Shown here: piece by piece, positions 1-10,120 of the stretch | Layout of the letters: every line of letters starts with the position of its first letter | How positions within the stretch are numbered: position 1 is the stretch's first letter | Translations under genes and position numbers: made by a program | Notes under the pieces: model-generated | The model's input: only the letters and a program-made list of their open reading frames with translations | The model's database searches: none | Told to the model about the DNA's origin: nothing | Assembly (NCBI GenBank): GCA_910587695.1 | Contig: CAJUNC010000011.1 | Span: forward strand, 8,187-72,186 | Source: an uncultured Lactobacillus sp. | Lineage (GTDB): Bacteria > Bacillota > Bacilli > Lactobacillales > Lactobacillaceae | Length of the DNA stretch: 64,000 bases | Direction of reading: 5' to 3'

Positions 1-1095
1 TATGAGAAAATTTTAGAAGAATTGAACAATAAAGGCAATACGACTTTAGCAACACGCAAAAAATTGGCGGCTAAAGCTTTTGAACACACAGCAAGCTATG
101 ATGCGATGATCGCACATTACTTCGCTGATCAATTACATGAAGTTACACCAGAAAAGTTGACATTGACCTATGAATTAGGATCTGAAATGCGCTATGGTGA
201 AAATTCTCATCAATCGGCTTGGTTCTATCGAGATACTTTACCTAAAAAATATGCGATCACTTCCGCTAAGCAATTAAATGGCAAGCAATTATCCTATAAC
301 AATATCAAGGATGCCGATGCTGCACTGCGGATCGCACGTGAATTTGAGAAGCCAACAGTGGTCGCTTTAAAACACATGAATCCATGTGGGATCGGACAAG
401 CAGACAACTTGGAAAAGGCTTGGGATCTAGCTTATGCGGCCGATCCGATCTCGATCTTTGGTGGTATTATCGTGTTGAATCGGCCAGTCGATGTCAAAAC
501 GGCTGAAAAAATGCATAAGCTATTCTTGGAGATCATTATCGCACCTAGCTTTGAGCCCGCTGCCCTAGAAGTTTTAAAACAAAAGAAGAATCTACGTTTA
601 TTAGAGTTAGATTTTAGTGCTAAGGATGAGACGCCAGCCTTTGAAACAGTTTCTGTCATGGGAGGATTGTTGGTCCAAGAACAAGATATGACTTTAGAAG
701 ATCTCACTGATTGGACTGTTGTTACGAAAAAAGCACCAACTAAAGCACAAGAAAAAGCATTGTTGCTTGCTTTAAAGGCTGTCAAGCATACTAAATCTAA
801 TGCGATCGTAGTAGCTAATACTGAACGTACATTAGGGATCGGGGCTGGTCAACCTAATCGGATCGACTCGACCAAGATCGCAGTGGGACATGCTAAAGAA
901 TTTATCGACGATGAAACAGTTTTGGCCTCAGATGCCTTTTTCCCAATGGATGACTGTGTTGAATATGCGGCTAAAAATGGGATCAAGGCGATCATTCAAC
1001 CGGGCGGATCGATCCGTGATGAAGATTCGATCAAAATGGCTGATAAGTATGGGATCGCAATGTTGACTACGGGCATCAGACACTTTAGACACTAA
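1..1095 (+). CDS. purH: Bifunctional AICAR formyltransferase/IMP cyclohydrolase PurH, C-terminal part (5' end lies upstream of the window)
   Basis: Frame 1 is open from nt 1. The translation carries conserved PurH segments ([26 protein letters not shown]). purD follows, as in pur operons. Confidence 0.9.
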   Translation, partial: YEKILEELNNKGNTTLATRKKLAAKAFEHTASYDAMIAHYFADQLHEVTPEKLTLTYELGSEMRYGENSHQSAWFYRDTLPKKYAITSAKQLNGKQLSYNNIKDADAALRIAREFEKPTVVALKHMNPCGIGQADNLEKAWDLAYAADPISIFGGIIVLNRPVDVKTAEKMHKLFLEIIIAPSFEPAALEVLKQKKNLRLLELDFSAKDETPAFETVSVMGGLLVQEQDMTLEDLTDWTVVTKKAPTKAQEKALLLALKAVKHTKSNAIVVANTERTLGIGAGQPNRIDSTKIAVGHAKEFIDDETVLASDAFFPMDDCVEYAAKNGIKAIIQPGGSIRDEDSIKMADKYGIAMLTTGIRHFRH

Positions 1096-1115
1096 GAGGC
1101 GAGGGTGAAACGCAA

Positions 1116-2411
1116 ATGAAAGATGATTTAAAGTTGTTAGTCGTTGGTTCTGGTGGACGTGAACATGCGATAGCTAAAAAATTATTAGCTAGTTCACATG
1201 TCAGTCAAGTTTATTGTGCTCCAGGTAATCCAGGGATGTCAGTGGATGGGATCATACCTGTTGCGATCTCTGAGCTTGATTTTTCGGCACTTAAAGGTTT
1301 TTGTTATGAAGAAGAGATCGCATGGACTTTTGTGGGACCCGAAAATGCATTAGTCGCTGGGATCGTGGATTCATTTGAAGCAGATGGTCTAAAGATCTTT
1401 GGTCCCACTAAGACAGCAGCTCAGTTGGAAGGTTCAAAAGACTTTGCGATGCGCTTTATGAATAAGTATGCTATTCCAACGGCAAGATTTGCTACCTTTT
1501 CTGATTCAGCTTCAGCTATTGAAGGGCTCGCAGAATTTAGTGAACCCGTCGTGATCAAAGCAGATGGGTTAGCAGCTGGAAAGGGGGTCGTGATCGCTCA
1601 AACAAAAGAACAGGCTAGAGAAGAGATCGCTTTGATGTTTAAAAAGGGGCAAAAGCGACTCGTGCTTTCGGAATTTTTGTCTGGGGCAGAATACTCACTC
1701 TTTGTTGTGGTGGGGCGTAAAGACTACCGGATACTCCCAATGGCTCAAGATCATAAGCGAGCTTTTGATTTTGATAAAGGTTTGAATACTGGAGGGATGG
1801 GGGCTTATAGTCCACTGCCACAATTGCCAGAAACAGATCATCAGCGGATGTTACGTGAAATTGTTGAACCAACGATCGCTGGCTTGCGGCAAGAGGAGTT
1901 TGATTACTGTGGGATCTTATATATCGGGTTGATCATGACTGAGCAAGGTCCTAAAGTCATTGAATATAATGTGCGTTTAGGCGATCCCGAGACGCAGGTC
2001 GTCTTACCAAAGATCACATCTGACTTTGCACAATTGATCGACTGTGCACTTAATGGTAACGCGTTGCCGGTGCTTAAAGTAACTGATAAAGCTTGCTTAG
2101 GCGTAGTCGTAGCGGCTGCTGGCTATCCTGGTGAGTATCTCAAAGGACAAGTTTTGCCCAAATTAAAAGCAACAGATGAGATCAAGATCGATTATGCTAA
2201 TGTCAGTGAAAAGACAGAGCAGTTTGTGGGTAATGGTGGTCGTTTACTGTGTGTTTTAGCGCTAGAAGATAACCTTGGGCTGGCACAAGCGAAAGTATAT
2301 AGTTATTTGGCTCAACATGAATTTGTGGATTGCTATTATCGGCATGATATCGGGGCTAAAGCCACAGGAAAGTTTGCTGGACCTGCTGGGAAACTCGAAA
2401 ATTTGAGCTAG
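1116..2411 (+). CDS. purD: Phosphoribosylamine-glycine ligase
   Basis: 431-aa ORF starting LKLLVVGSGGREHAI, with an ATP-grasp core and EYNVRLGDPETQ. It sits immediately after purH. Confidence 0.92.
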   Translation: MKDDLKLLVVGSGGREHAIAKKLLASSHVSQVYCAPGNPGMSVDGIIPVAISELDFSALKGFCYEEEIAWTFVGPENALVAGIVDSFEADGLKIFGPTKTAAQLEGSKDFAMRFMNKYAIPTARFATFSDSASAIEGLAEFSEPVVIKADGLAAGKGVVIAQTKEQAREEIALMFKKGQKRLVLSEFLSGAEYSLFVVVGRKDYRILPMAQDHKRAFDFDKGLNTGGMGAYSPLPQLPETDHQRMLREIVEPTIAGLRQEEFDYCGILYIGLIMTEQGPKVIEYNVRLGDPETQVVLPKITSDFAQLIDCALNGNALPVLKVTDKACLGVVVAAAGYPGEYLKGQVLPKLKATDEIKIDYANVSEKTEQFVGNGGRLLCVLALEDNLGLAQAKVYSYLAQHEFVDCYYRHDIGAKATGKFAGPAGKLENLS

Positions 2412-2574
2412 GATAAAGCGTGTGAGATAATTTTGGTCATCATGATGCATAGCGTTGTGGTGGCCTTTTGTTGTTTATTAGCTATGAAGGTCACTAAAAG
2501 CTTTTTTGACTTGTCTTATATTTTGAGAAATGGTATTTTTAGGGGGAAATAATTTGGACAAGGTAGGAAACTAG

Positions 2575-3462
2575 ATGAGTAATTTTATGTATCAAGCATT
2601 CAGCGAGGTCGCTAAGCAAAAAGCTTTTGTAACGGCAGCTAAAGTATTGAATGTGACACCATCAGCGATCAGTCATTCGATCAATGGCCTAGAAAAAGAG
2701 TTGGGTTTTGCACTATTTTTCCGTAATCGCAATGGAGTTCAATTGACCTCTGCTGGGGAAAAGATTTTACCGATCGTCCGTGAACTATTGAATACCGAAG
2801 ATAAGTTATTAGAAGAAGCCGCTCGGATCAACGGATTAGATCAGGGACGGTTGCGGATCGGGGCTTTCAGTAGTGTCTGTATCAATTGGCTCCCTGATAT
2901 GATCAACACCTTCAAGAAGAATTATCCCGAGATCGAAGTTTCAGTTTGGCAGGGAAACTTTAATGAAGTTATCCAACAGATCAAATTAGGTGAGATCGAT
3001 ATTGGTTTTTCCGCCCTACCGATCAAAGAGAATCTGGAAGTTTTACCGTTGTATCGAGATGAGATCTACTGTGTTGCGCCTGAAGGATTTACGCCACAGG
3101 ATAAAAAAGCCGTCGTGGCTAGTGATGTGGCGGATAAACCGTTTATTCTCCAAGAGATCGATTATGATCGTAATACTAAAGAAGCCTTGGATGATTATAA
3201 TGTTTCAGTCAATTCGATCCGATACAGTATCGATGATGCCTCGATCATTGCAATGGTCGAATCAGGACTTGGTTTTGGGATCTTACCGGAATTAGCTCTA
3301 CAAAAACTTTCAGGTAATGTCGTGCAGTATCCTTTTGCCAAGCGACATTTTCGGACAATTGCTCTAGTGACGCATAATAAAGCCCAGCAAACCCCTTCGA
3401 CAAGGGCTTTTATCCGAGTTATTATGGACTATTTAACAGAGCGTTATGGTGGTTTAGTGTAG
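2575..3462 (+). CDS. LysR-family transcriptional regulator
   Basis: N-terminal wHTH (VLNVTPSAISHSINGLEKELGFALFFRN) plus a LysR substrate-binding-length C-terminus. Confidence 0.85.
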   Translation: MSNFMYQAFSEVAKQKAFVTAAKVLNVTPSAISHSINGLEKELGFALFFRNRNGVQLTSAGEKILPIVRELLNTEDKLLEEAARINGLDQGRLRIGAFSSVCINWLPDMINTFKKNYPEIEVSVWQGNFNEVIQQIKLGEIDIGFSALPIKENLEVLPLYRDEIYCVAPEGFTPQDKKAVVASDVADKPFILQEIDYDRNTKEALDDYNVSVNSIRYSIDDASIIAMVESGLGFGILPELALQKLSGNVVQYPFAKRHFRTIALVTHNKAQQTPSTRAFIRVIMDYLTERYGGLV

Positions 3463-3591
3463 CGGATCACAGTAAGAATTGTTAAAATTTTTAAATAAAG
3501 TCAAATTTATGGACTAAGGTACTTGCATATAGCATTAAAGTTTGTTAATATTCATAGGACATTGCCAGGCAAAGTAGGTGAATATTAATCA

Positions 3592-3801
3592 ATGGAAACA
3601 AAATTAAAAGTTGGCGACAAAGTGACATGTGATAAATTTGCTTCATTGACGCATGATTTTGTCGGTGCGATCGAAAAGATCTATGAAAATTCTGCAGTTG
3701 TTGAGATCTTGGAACATCATAAAGATGATACCGTAGTTGTGAGCGATTTCCATAATCGTGCTGTAGTAGCTTTAGATCACATGAAAAAGAAGTCAGCATA
3801 A
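3592..3801 (+). CDS. Small YkvS-like (DUF2187-type) protein
   Basis: 69-aa ORF with a GTAGGTGA RBS. The KVGD...G.IEKIYENSAVVEI pattern resembles the YkvS family. Recalled from memory only. Confidence 0.5.
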   Translation: METKLKVGDKVTCDKFASLTHDFVGAIEKIYENSAVVEILEHHKDDTVVVSDFHNRAVVALDHMKKKSA

Positions 3802-3817
3802 AAATTCAAAAAAAAAG

Positions 3818-3846
3818 ATGACAAACGAAGATAAGGGTGCTATAAT
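3818..3846 (+). promoter_or_regulatory. Putative sigma-A promoter for tRNA-Gly (ATGACA - 17 nt - TGcTATAAT extended -10)
   Basis: ATGACA at 3818-3823, a 17-nt spacer, and TATAAT at 3841-3846 preceded by TGC. The tRNA 5' end is at 3860. Confidence 0.45.
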
Positions 3847-3859
3847 TATCTTTGTTGTT

Positions 3860-3930
3860 GCGGGTGTAGTTTAGTGGTAAAATCCCAGCTTCCCAAGCTG
3901 ATGTCGCGAGTTCGATTCTCGTCACCCGCT
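3860..3930 (+). tRNA. tRNA-Gly (anticodon CCC by my fold)
   Basis: Acceptor GCGGGTG pairs with CACCCGC. It has a GTTCGATTC T-arm and a TTCCCAA anticodon loop. No CCA is encoded. Confidence 0.85.
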
Positions 3931-3938
3931 TCAAAGAG

Positions 3939-3968
3939 CATCTTTGGTTTCGGCCGGAGATGTTTTTT
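3939..3968 (+). terminator. Rho-independent terminator after tRNA-Gly
   Basis: 9-bp stem (catctttgg / ccggagatg, two G-U pairs) followed by TTTTTT. Confidence 0.5.
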
Positions 3969-3974
3969 ATTTAA

Positions 3975-4190
3975 GTTAAGAAAACTCGATGATAGAAGAA
4001 AAGTAGCTTGTGGCAGCGTTAAGCGAGTCTGGGGTGGTGAAAGCCAGATCGTGTAAACAGGTGAAGCGCGCTTTTTAGAGTACAAGTGAATATTTGAGTG
4101 GATATTGATCAAATAGAGTGGTACCGCGGGAATTTCTCGTCTCTTGCAAAGTGTTATTTAACGCTATGCAAGGGACGTTTTTATTTTTAA
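3975..4190 (+). promoter_or_regulatory. T-box leader controlling argS
   Basis: Conserved T-box sequence AGAGTGGTACCGCGGGAA at about 4105-4125. A terminator hairpin (cgtctcttgca...tgcaagggacg plus a T-run) lies at 4137-4187. Stem I shows GGTGAAA and AGTA-like elements. The candidate specifier is CGC (Arg) at 4067-4069. Confidence 0.75.
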
Positions 4191-4201
4191 AGGAGGATAT
4201 A

Positions 4202-5902
4202 ATGATGAAGGACTACAAACAATTAGTGGCTCAAGCAGTATATGCAGCAGTTGATGGCCAATTAAGTGAAGAAGCGATCGTTGAAAAAATCGAACAACCA
4301 AAAGATCTCAAGCTAGGGGACTATGCTTTTCCAGCATTCGTATTGGCTAAGGTCTTGCGTAAAGCACCACAAATGATCGCGCAAGAATTGGTCGAAAAGA
4401 TCGATACGACTAATTTTGAAAAAGTTGAAGCTGTGGGACCTTACGTAAACTTTTTCCTAGATAAAGCAGCCTTTAGTGAGGATGTTTTGCATGATGTTTT
4501 GACTAAACAAGAACATTTTGGGGATGCAACGACTGGAAATGGCCGCCAAGTTCCGATCGATATGTCTTCGCCTAATATCGCTAAGCCAATGTCGATGGGC
4601 CACTTGCGTTCGACTGTGATCGGTAATTCGATCGCACTTTTAATGGAAAAATCTGGTTATAAACCGGTCAAGATCAACCACTTAGGTGACTGGGGCACAC
4701 AATTTGGTAAATTGATGCGCGCTTATGAACTTTGGGGAAGTGAAGAAGAAGTTAAAAATGATCCGATCAACTCCTTATTAGGCTATTATGTGCGTTTCCA
4801 CAAAGAAGACGTCGAAAATCCTCAATTAGACGATGAAGCCCGTGATTGGTTCAAACGTTTAGAAGATGGAGACAAAGAAGCGACTCGTCTTTGGAAATGG
4901 TTCCGTGAAGAATCACTTAAAGCTTTCACGACTGTCTATGATCGTCTAGGGATCGAATTTGATTCTTACAACGGTGAAGCTTTCTACAACGATAAGATGG
5001 ATGAAGTAGTCGAGATCTTAGAAGAAAAGGGATTATTAAAAGAAAGTCAAGGAGCTCAGATCGTGGATCTAGATGCCTACGATCTCAATCCAGCTTTGAT
5101 CAAAAAGACTGACGGAGCTACTCTTTATATCACGCGGGATCTAGCAGCGGCTATGTATCGTAAACGTACTTATGACTTTGCTCAATCCTTGTACGTCGTT
5201 GGTAATGAACAATCAAATCACTTCAAGCAATTGAAGGCAGTTTTAAAAGAAATGGGTTATGATTGGTCCGACGATATCCATCACATTCCATTTGGCTTGA
5301 TCACACAAGGTGGTAAGAAACTTTCTACACGTTCAGGCCGTGTCATTTTGTTAGAAAAAGTTTTGGATGATGCGGTCGCTTTGGCTAAAGCACAGATCGA
5401 AGCTAAAAATCCTAGCTTAGCCAATAAAGATCAAGTTGCTGAAGAAGTCGGTGTTGGTGCCGTAGTCTTCCATGACCTTAAGAATGAACGTTTGAATAAC
5501 TTTGACTTTGATTTAGAAGAAGTTGTGCGTTTTGAAGGCGAAACTGGTCCGTATGTTCAATACTCACATGCTCGTGCAATGAGCATTTTACGTAAAGCGG
5601 GTGTGACCAAGATCGATCCGGCTAAGGCATATGCAGTAACAGATGAAAATGCTTGGGAAACTTTGCGTCTATTAGGTGAATTCCCAGAAACTGTTGCCCG
5701 TGCAGTCACAGAATATGAACCATCTGTGATCGCTAAGTATGCGATCCATTTGGCAAAAGCCTTCAACAAGTACTATGCGCATTCTAAGATCTTGATCGAA
5801 GATGACCAATTAGAAGCACGTTTAGCTTTAGTAGCTAGCGTAGCTGATGTCTTAAAAGAAGCATTGCGCCTCTTAGGGGTAGCAGCTCCAGACGAAATGT
5901 AA
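4202..5902 (+). CDS. argS: Arginine-tRNA ligase
   Basis: Class I aaRS signatures ([16 protein letters not shown] = HIGH region) and an anticodon-binding C-terminus. The start was moved to the ATG at 4202 behind the AAAGGAGGA RBS, because the tracked 4118 start lies inside the T-box terminator. Confidence 0.93.
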   Translation: MMKDYKQLVAQAVYAAVDGQLSEEAIVEKIEQPKDLKLGDYAFPAFVLAKVLRKAPQMIAQELVEKIDTTNFEKVEAVGPYVNFFLDKAAFSEDVLHDVLTKQEHFGDATTGNGRQVPIDMSSPNIAKPMSMGHLRSTVIGNSIALLMEKSGYKPVKINHLGDWGTQFGKLMRAYELWGSEEEVKNDPINSLLGYYVRFHKEDVENPQLDDEARDWFKRLEDGDKEATRLWKWFREESLKAFTTVYDRLGIEFDSYNGEAFYNDKMDEVVEILEEKGLLKESQGAQIVDLDAYDLNPALIKKTDGATLYITRDLAAAMYRKRTYDFAQSLYVVGNEQSNHFKQLKAVLKEMGYDWSDDIHHIPFGLITQGGKKLSTRSGRVILLEKVLDDAVALAKAQIEAKNPSLANKDQVAEEVGVGAVVFHDLKNERLNNFDFDLEEVVRFEGETGPYVQYSHARAMSILRKAGVTKIDPAKAYAVTDENAWETLRLLGEFPETVARAVTEYEPSVIAKYAIHLAKAFNKYYAHSKILIEDDQLEARLALVASVADVLKEALRLLGVAAPDEM

Positions 5903-5911
5903 TTTTTTAAA

Positions 5912-5944
5912 AGTCGATCGGCACAGTCTGATCGGCTTTTTTTA
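5912..5944 (+). terminator. Rho-independent terminator of argS
   Basis: 10-bp stem agtcgatcgg / ctgatcggct followed by a T-run. Confidence 0.6.
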
Positions 5945-6041
5945 TGAAATCACCGTTAGAAATAATTTATTGATAAATAAGTTTTGCTCTAGTTATTTAG
6001 TGATAAACTTGGTGCAACAAACAATAAGGGGGAGTTTCACG

Positions 6042-6776
6042 GTGAAGATCAACAATTATACCAAAAAAGAGGATTATGTTTTTGATCTGATTCAAAAAAT
6101 CGGAAATTTATCAGAAAAAGATCAAGAAAAATTTCGCACATCTTGTCGAGCAATGGTTTATGACTACAACGACATGTTGATGTTCAATGGATTTAAGGGT
6201 GAATTTGCTTGCTTTTTAGTCAGTGGGTTGGTGGCAAGCCGTTATTACAATTTTGAAAGTGATAAAGACCAATATATGACGTTTTACAAGCAACACGAGT
6301 TATTCTATCCCTCGCTTGAGGTATTTGATGAAGATCATACTGAAGAAGAACTGATCGTATTTTCGGATAAAGCGATCGTTATTGTCATTCCCGAAGGTAT
6401 TATGCATGAATATCGAGATAAGTCGCCTTGTTTCAATGAAATGTTACGCGAGCAGATGGCTTATCAATTGCAAAAAGAACGGATCTATAATATTTATTGT
6501 AATCTATCCTCGACAAGAGAACGGATCAAGAATACACTTTTCTACTTAGCTGTGCTCTATGGGAAGGTCACAGATGAGAACTGGGTCCGTTTGCCTCGGC
6601 GGATCGACCAAAATGTTTTAGCTTCTTATACCCGTGCATCTACGTCACTAGTCAACATGATCATCAAAGAATACTGCAATCAAGGATTGGCTAAACGGGG
6701 ACGGCGCAAATTACTGCTAGATCGTAAGCTAGTGATGGATTATGTCGCGAATACAGGTTTTAATGAGTTTAATTAA
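6042..6776 (+). CDS. Crp/Fnr-family transcriptional regulator (ArcR-like)
   Basis: C-terminal HTH region TRERIKNTLFYLAVLYG...VLASYTRASTSLVNMIIKEY is typical of Crp/Fnr. A GTG at 6042 behind AAGGGGGAG is preferred over the TTG at 5970. Confidence 0.7.
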   Translation: MKINNYTKKEDYVFDLIQKIGNLSEKDQEKFRTSCRAMVYDYNDMLMFNGFKGEFACFLVSGLVASRYYNFESDKDQYMTFYKQHELFYPSLEVFDEDHTEEELIVFSDKAIVIVIPEGIMHEYRDKSPCFNEMLREQMAYQLQKERIYNIYCNLSSTRERIKNTLFYLAVLYGKVTDENWVRLPRRIDQNVLASYTRASTSLVNMIIKEYCNQGLAKRGRRKLLLDRKLVMDYVANTGFNEFN

Positions 6777-6867
6777 ATTTTTGGTAGAGATCAAGTGAGC
6801 CTAATTTTGCTTGCTAGCAGAAGTTTGTTAAAATAGAGATACAATCTTTTATCTTGAGGTGATTTTT

Positions 6868-7335
6868 ATGAAAAAAGAAATGCGCCAAGGAAAGATCGAG
6901 CAGCTGATAAATCAGCAAATCATCTCTAATCAAGAAGAGTTGATGCAGGCATTGCAAGCGATCGGGATCAGTGCGACTCAAGCTACGATCTCACGAGACA
7001 TCCGTGAGATGCAGATCGTTAAACAGCAGGATGGTAATGGTAACTTGCGCTATGTGATCTTTAAAGCTAATAATCAATCTGAGCAAGATAAACTATATAA
7101 AGCTATTTCTGATGCAGTCACTGCGATCACGACTGTCGAGTTTATGAACGTGATCCATACGACACCACGAAATGCTAATGTTTTGGCAGCGATCTTGGAT
7201 GATTTAGCGCTACCTGAAGTTGCAGGTACTTTAGCTGGTTTTGACACGGTAGTTGTGATCAGTCCCTCACGCGAGTTAGCCATCAAACTGTATGAACTAT
7301 TTATGGAACATGTTGATCCAGATAATCTACTTTGA
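6868..7335 (+). CDS. argR: Arginine repressor
   Basis: The ArgR N-terminal wHTH is visible (R.GKIEQLI....I.NQEEL...L...GI.ATQATISRDI.E). ATG at 6868 behind GAGGTGA. Confidence 0.88.
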   Translation: MKKEMRQGKIEQLINQQIISNQEELMQALQAIGISATQATISRDIREMQIVKQQDGNGNLRYVIFKANNQSEQDKLYKAISDAVTAITTVEFMNVIHTTPRNANVLAAILDDLALPEVAGTLAGFDTVVVISPSRELAIKLYELFMEHVDPDNLL

Positions 7336-7477
7336 TAATTATTTCTTGAAAGGCCGTGACAGTTATGTTACGGTTTTTTAACTCGTTAAATAATATTAAA
7401 TTTTTTTCAAGTTTGGTGGAACTTAGTTGAGATGTGCTAAGATGATAATTAACGATAGTAGAAAAGGAATTTATGCG

Positions 7478-9592
7478 ATGAATGATTTTTTAGAAAAATT
7501 GCGCCATATCATAAGCCACTATGGTAAAAAATTTTGGACTTGGTTTTTGGCTAAGAGTCGACGTTATCAATTATGGCGGTGGTTGGTAGTTATTTTTTTA
7601 GCGAGTTTTTTATGCATGAGTATTTATCTGACCTTTGTAGCCAAAACTTCTAATGTTAAAGGTCTAAAGAACGCTTTAGAACAAGCAACTGAGATCTACG
7701 ATAAAAATGATCAAAAGGCGGGCTATCTTTACGCCCAAAAAGGTACTTGGACTTCGATCGATGATATTTCACCTAACGTTATCGATGCAGTATTATCGAC
7801 AGAAGATCGTAACTTCTATAAAGAATATGGTTTTTCTGTCAAAGGGATCGCCCGTGCCAGTTTGATGCATCTTAAAAATAAGTTAACTGGCGGTAATGCG
7901 GTTACCGGTGGTGGGAGTACTTTGACCCAACAATTAGTCAAAAACGCCTTCCTTTCACAAGAGCAGACGCTTTCTCGTAAAGCTAAAGAGATCTTTATTG
8001 CGATGCAAGTTGAAAATACCTATAGTAAAAAAGAGATCTTAGCAATGTATTTAAATCACGCTTATTTTGGCAATGGTGTCTGGGGTGTTGGAGATGCAGC
8101 CAAACGCTATTTTGGCACAACAGCTAGTCAATTGACGGTTCCGCAAGCAGCTACGTTAGCTGGGATGTTGACCAGTCCGAATGCCTATAATCCAGCCGAT
8201 CATCCTGAGGCCTCCAAAAAACGGCGGGATGTGGTCTTAAGTTTGATGGAAGATAACAATAAACTGACGGCAGCTCAAACTAAGGAATATCAAGCTACAC
8301 CAATGGTAACAAATAATACGTACACCTATAATTCAGGCTATAAGTATCCATATTATTTCGATGCAGTCATTTCAGAAGCGATCGATCGGTATGGTTTGAG
8401 TGAATCAGATATCATGAATCGTGGATATAAGATCTATACTTCGCTTGATCAAAATTACCAAGCGACATTTCAAGAAGATTTTGCTAATGATTACTTATTT
8501 CCAAACAACGCTACTAATGGGGCTAAAGCTCAAGGGGCTTCAGTGGCACTTGATCCCAAAACAGGTGGTGTAGCGGCGGTCATTGGTGGTCGGAGTGGGA
8601 CCCATGTCTTTCGTGGCTATAACCGAGGGACACAATTGGTGCGCTCACCAGGGTCAACGATCAAACCATTGGCCGTGTATGCTCCGGCACTGAATAAGGG
8701 TTACCATTATGATTCAAAATTACCTGACGAATTGAAAGCTTATGGAACTAATAAGTATACGCCGCATAATTGGAATAATGTTTATGGCGGTGATCTCCCG
8801 ATGTATAAAGCCTTAGCTGAAAGTAAAAATACTTCAGCGGTGTGGTTGTTAAATAAGATCGGAGTTAAAACTGGTTTTGATAGCGTTGAAAAATTTGGGA
8901 TAGCACTGGATCCTTCTGATGAAAACTTGAGCTTAGCACTAGGGGGACTTAAAAAAGGGGTCTCACCTTATCAGATCGCAAGTGCTTATACGGCCTTTGC
9001 TAATGATGGTGTACGCTATGATCCACATTTTATCACGAAGATCGTTGATGCTTCGGGCAAGACGATCGTTGACAATACCGAAGTCGATTCGACCCGAGTC
9101 CTTTCAGCTAAGAATGCTAATGAGATGACGAGTATGTTGATCGATGTATATACGATGGGGACAGGAACTAATGCTAAACCAGCTGGTTATACGATCGCTG
9201 GCAAAACGGGATCGACACAAGGTAATGGGGTCGATCCGATGGCAGCAGATACCGATCATTGGTATGTGGGCTATACACCAGATGTAGTTGTGGCTACCTG
9301 GGTCGGCTATGATTCTAGCAAAGATTCGATCGAAGACGCGGGTGATCGTGGTGGGGCTAGTCTTTTTAAGACCCAGATGGAAGGCATCTTACCATATACT
9401 AAGGAAACAAAATTCGAAGTCAAGGCAGCTTCAACGATGGCAGCTGAGAATAGTTCTGACGATGATAGTGCTGAAAGCTGGTGGGATAAGATCAAAAATG
9501 TTGGACAAGAGGGCACGAGTGATTGGAAACAAACTGCAGATTCATGGCTTCAAAAAGGAAAAGATGCATTAAATAGCCTATTTGGAAATTAG
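7478..9592 (+). CDS. Class A penicillin-binding protein (glycosyltransferase GT51 plus transpeptidase)
   Basis: GT51 motifs EDRNFYKEYG and GGSTLTQQLVKN are present. Transpeptidase motifs are STIKP, SKN and KTGS. There is one N-terminal TM helix. Confidence 0.88.
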   Translation: MNDFLEKLRHIISHYGKKFWTWFLAKSRRYQLWRWLVVIFLASFLCMSIYLTFVAKTSNVKGLKNALEQATEIYDKNDQKAGYLYAQKGTWTSIDDISPNVIDAVLSTEDRNFYKEYGFSVKGIARASLMHLKNKLTGGNAVTGGGSTLTQQLVKNAFLSQEQTLSRKAKEIFIAMQVENTYSKKEILAMYLNHAYFGNGVWGVGDAAKRYFGTTASQLTVPQAATLAGMLTSPNAYNPADHPEASKKRRDVVLSLMEDNNKLTAAQTKEYQATPMVTNNTYTYNSGYKYPYYFDAVISEAIDRYGLSESDIMNRGYKIYTSLDQNYQATFQEDFANDYLFPNNATNGAKAQGASVALDPKTGGVAAVIGGRSGTHVFRGYNRGTQLVRSPGSTIKPLAVYAPALNKGYHYDSKLPDELKAYGTNKYTPHNWNNVYGGDLPMYKALAESKNTSAVWLLNKIGVKTGFDSVEKFGIALDPSDENLSLALGGLKKGVSPYQIASAYTAFANDGVRYDPHFITKIVDASGKTIVDNTEVDSTRVLSAKNANEMTSMLIDVYTMGTGTNAKPAGYTIAGKTGSTQGNGVDPMAADTDHWYVGYTPDVVVATWVGYDSSKDSIEDAGDRGGASLFKTQMEGILPYTKETKFEVKAASTMAAENSSDDDSAESWWDKIKNVGQEGTSDWKQTADSWLQKGKDALNSLFGN

Positions 9593-9669
9593 CTTTTTAA
9601 GGCTTTAGATAAAACTTTTTTATCAAAGTGCGTTATAATAGATATATTAAGAATTAAAGGAGCGATATT

Positions 9670-10008
9670 ATGGTCAATATTTATGATACAGCTAATCAAA
9701 TGGAACAAGATTTGAAGCAAACACAACAATACCAAGAATTAAAAACAGCTTATGAAGCTTTGAAAGCTGATGAAAAAGCTTATGCTTGCTTCAAGGAATT
9801 GCAAGATCTTCAAGGTCAATTGCAACAAAAACAAATGCAAGGCAATATCACAGAAGACGATTTTAAAGAATTACAAGAAGCTGGTGCTAAAGCTAAGGAA
9901 TTTGAAACATTACAAACATTGATGTTGAAAGAACAAGCTTTGAGCATGTTGATGGATGAAGTAAGCAAGATCATCTTCCAACCAGTTCAAGAATTATACC
10001 AAGATTAA
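9670..10008 (+). CDS. UPF0342 / YheA-YmcA-YlbF-like protein
   Basis: 112-aa helical, Q/E-rich protein of typical family length and pattern. Confidence 0.6.
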   Translation: MVNIYDTANQMEQDLKQTQQYQELKTAYEALKADEKAYACFKELQDLQGQLQQKQMQGNITEDDFKELQEAGAKAKEFETLQTLMLKEQALSMLMDEVSKIIFQPVQELYQD

Positions 10009-10016
10009 AATGAACA

Positions 10017-10042
10017 AAAGAGCTCTGCGGGGCTCTTTTTTT
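10017..10042 (+). terminator. Rho-independent terminator
   Basis: aagagctc / gggctctt stem followed by a T-run. Confidence 0.55.
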
Positions 10043-10120
10043 AGTCCTACTAACTGGATCGAAAATGTGGTAAAGTTAGTACGAAACGGGGAAAAATAAA
10101 TGAATGGATAGGATAAGAGC

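Noticed and set aside
432-785. Numerous 60-120-aa alternative-frame or antisense ORFs inside large genes (for example 432-785, 1639-1872, 2990-3295, 9288-9572, 20298-20609, 40521-40909, 59440-61464)
   Set aside because: All are nested in genes with strong motif support. They lack RBSs and show no family resemblance.
3846-4112. 88-aa minus-strand ORF and 60-aa plus-strand ORF (3874-4056)
   Set aside because: They overlap the tRNA-Gly gene, its terminator and the argS T-box leader. Structured RNA explains the region better.
4118-4201. Tracked N-terminal extension of argS (start at 4118)
   Set aside because: The extension would be translated from the T-box antiterminator/terminator sequence. 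A strong RBS precedes the ATG at 4202.
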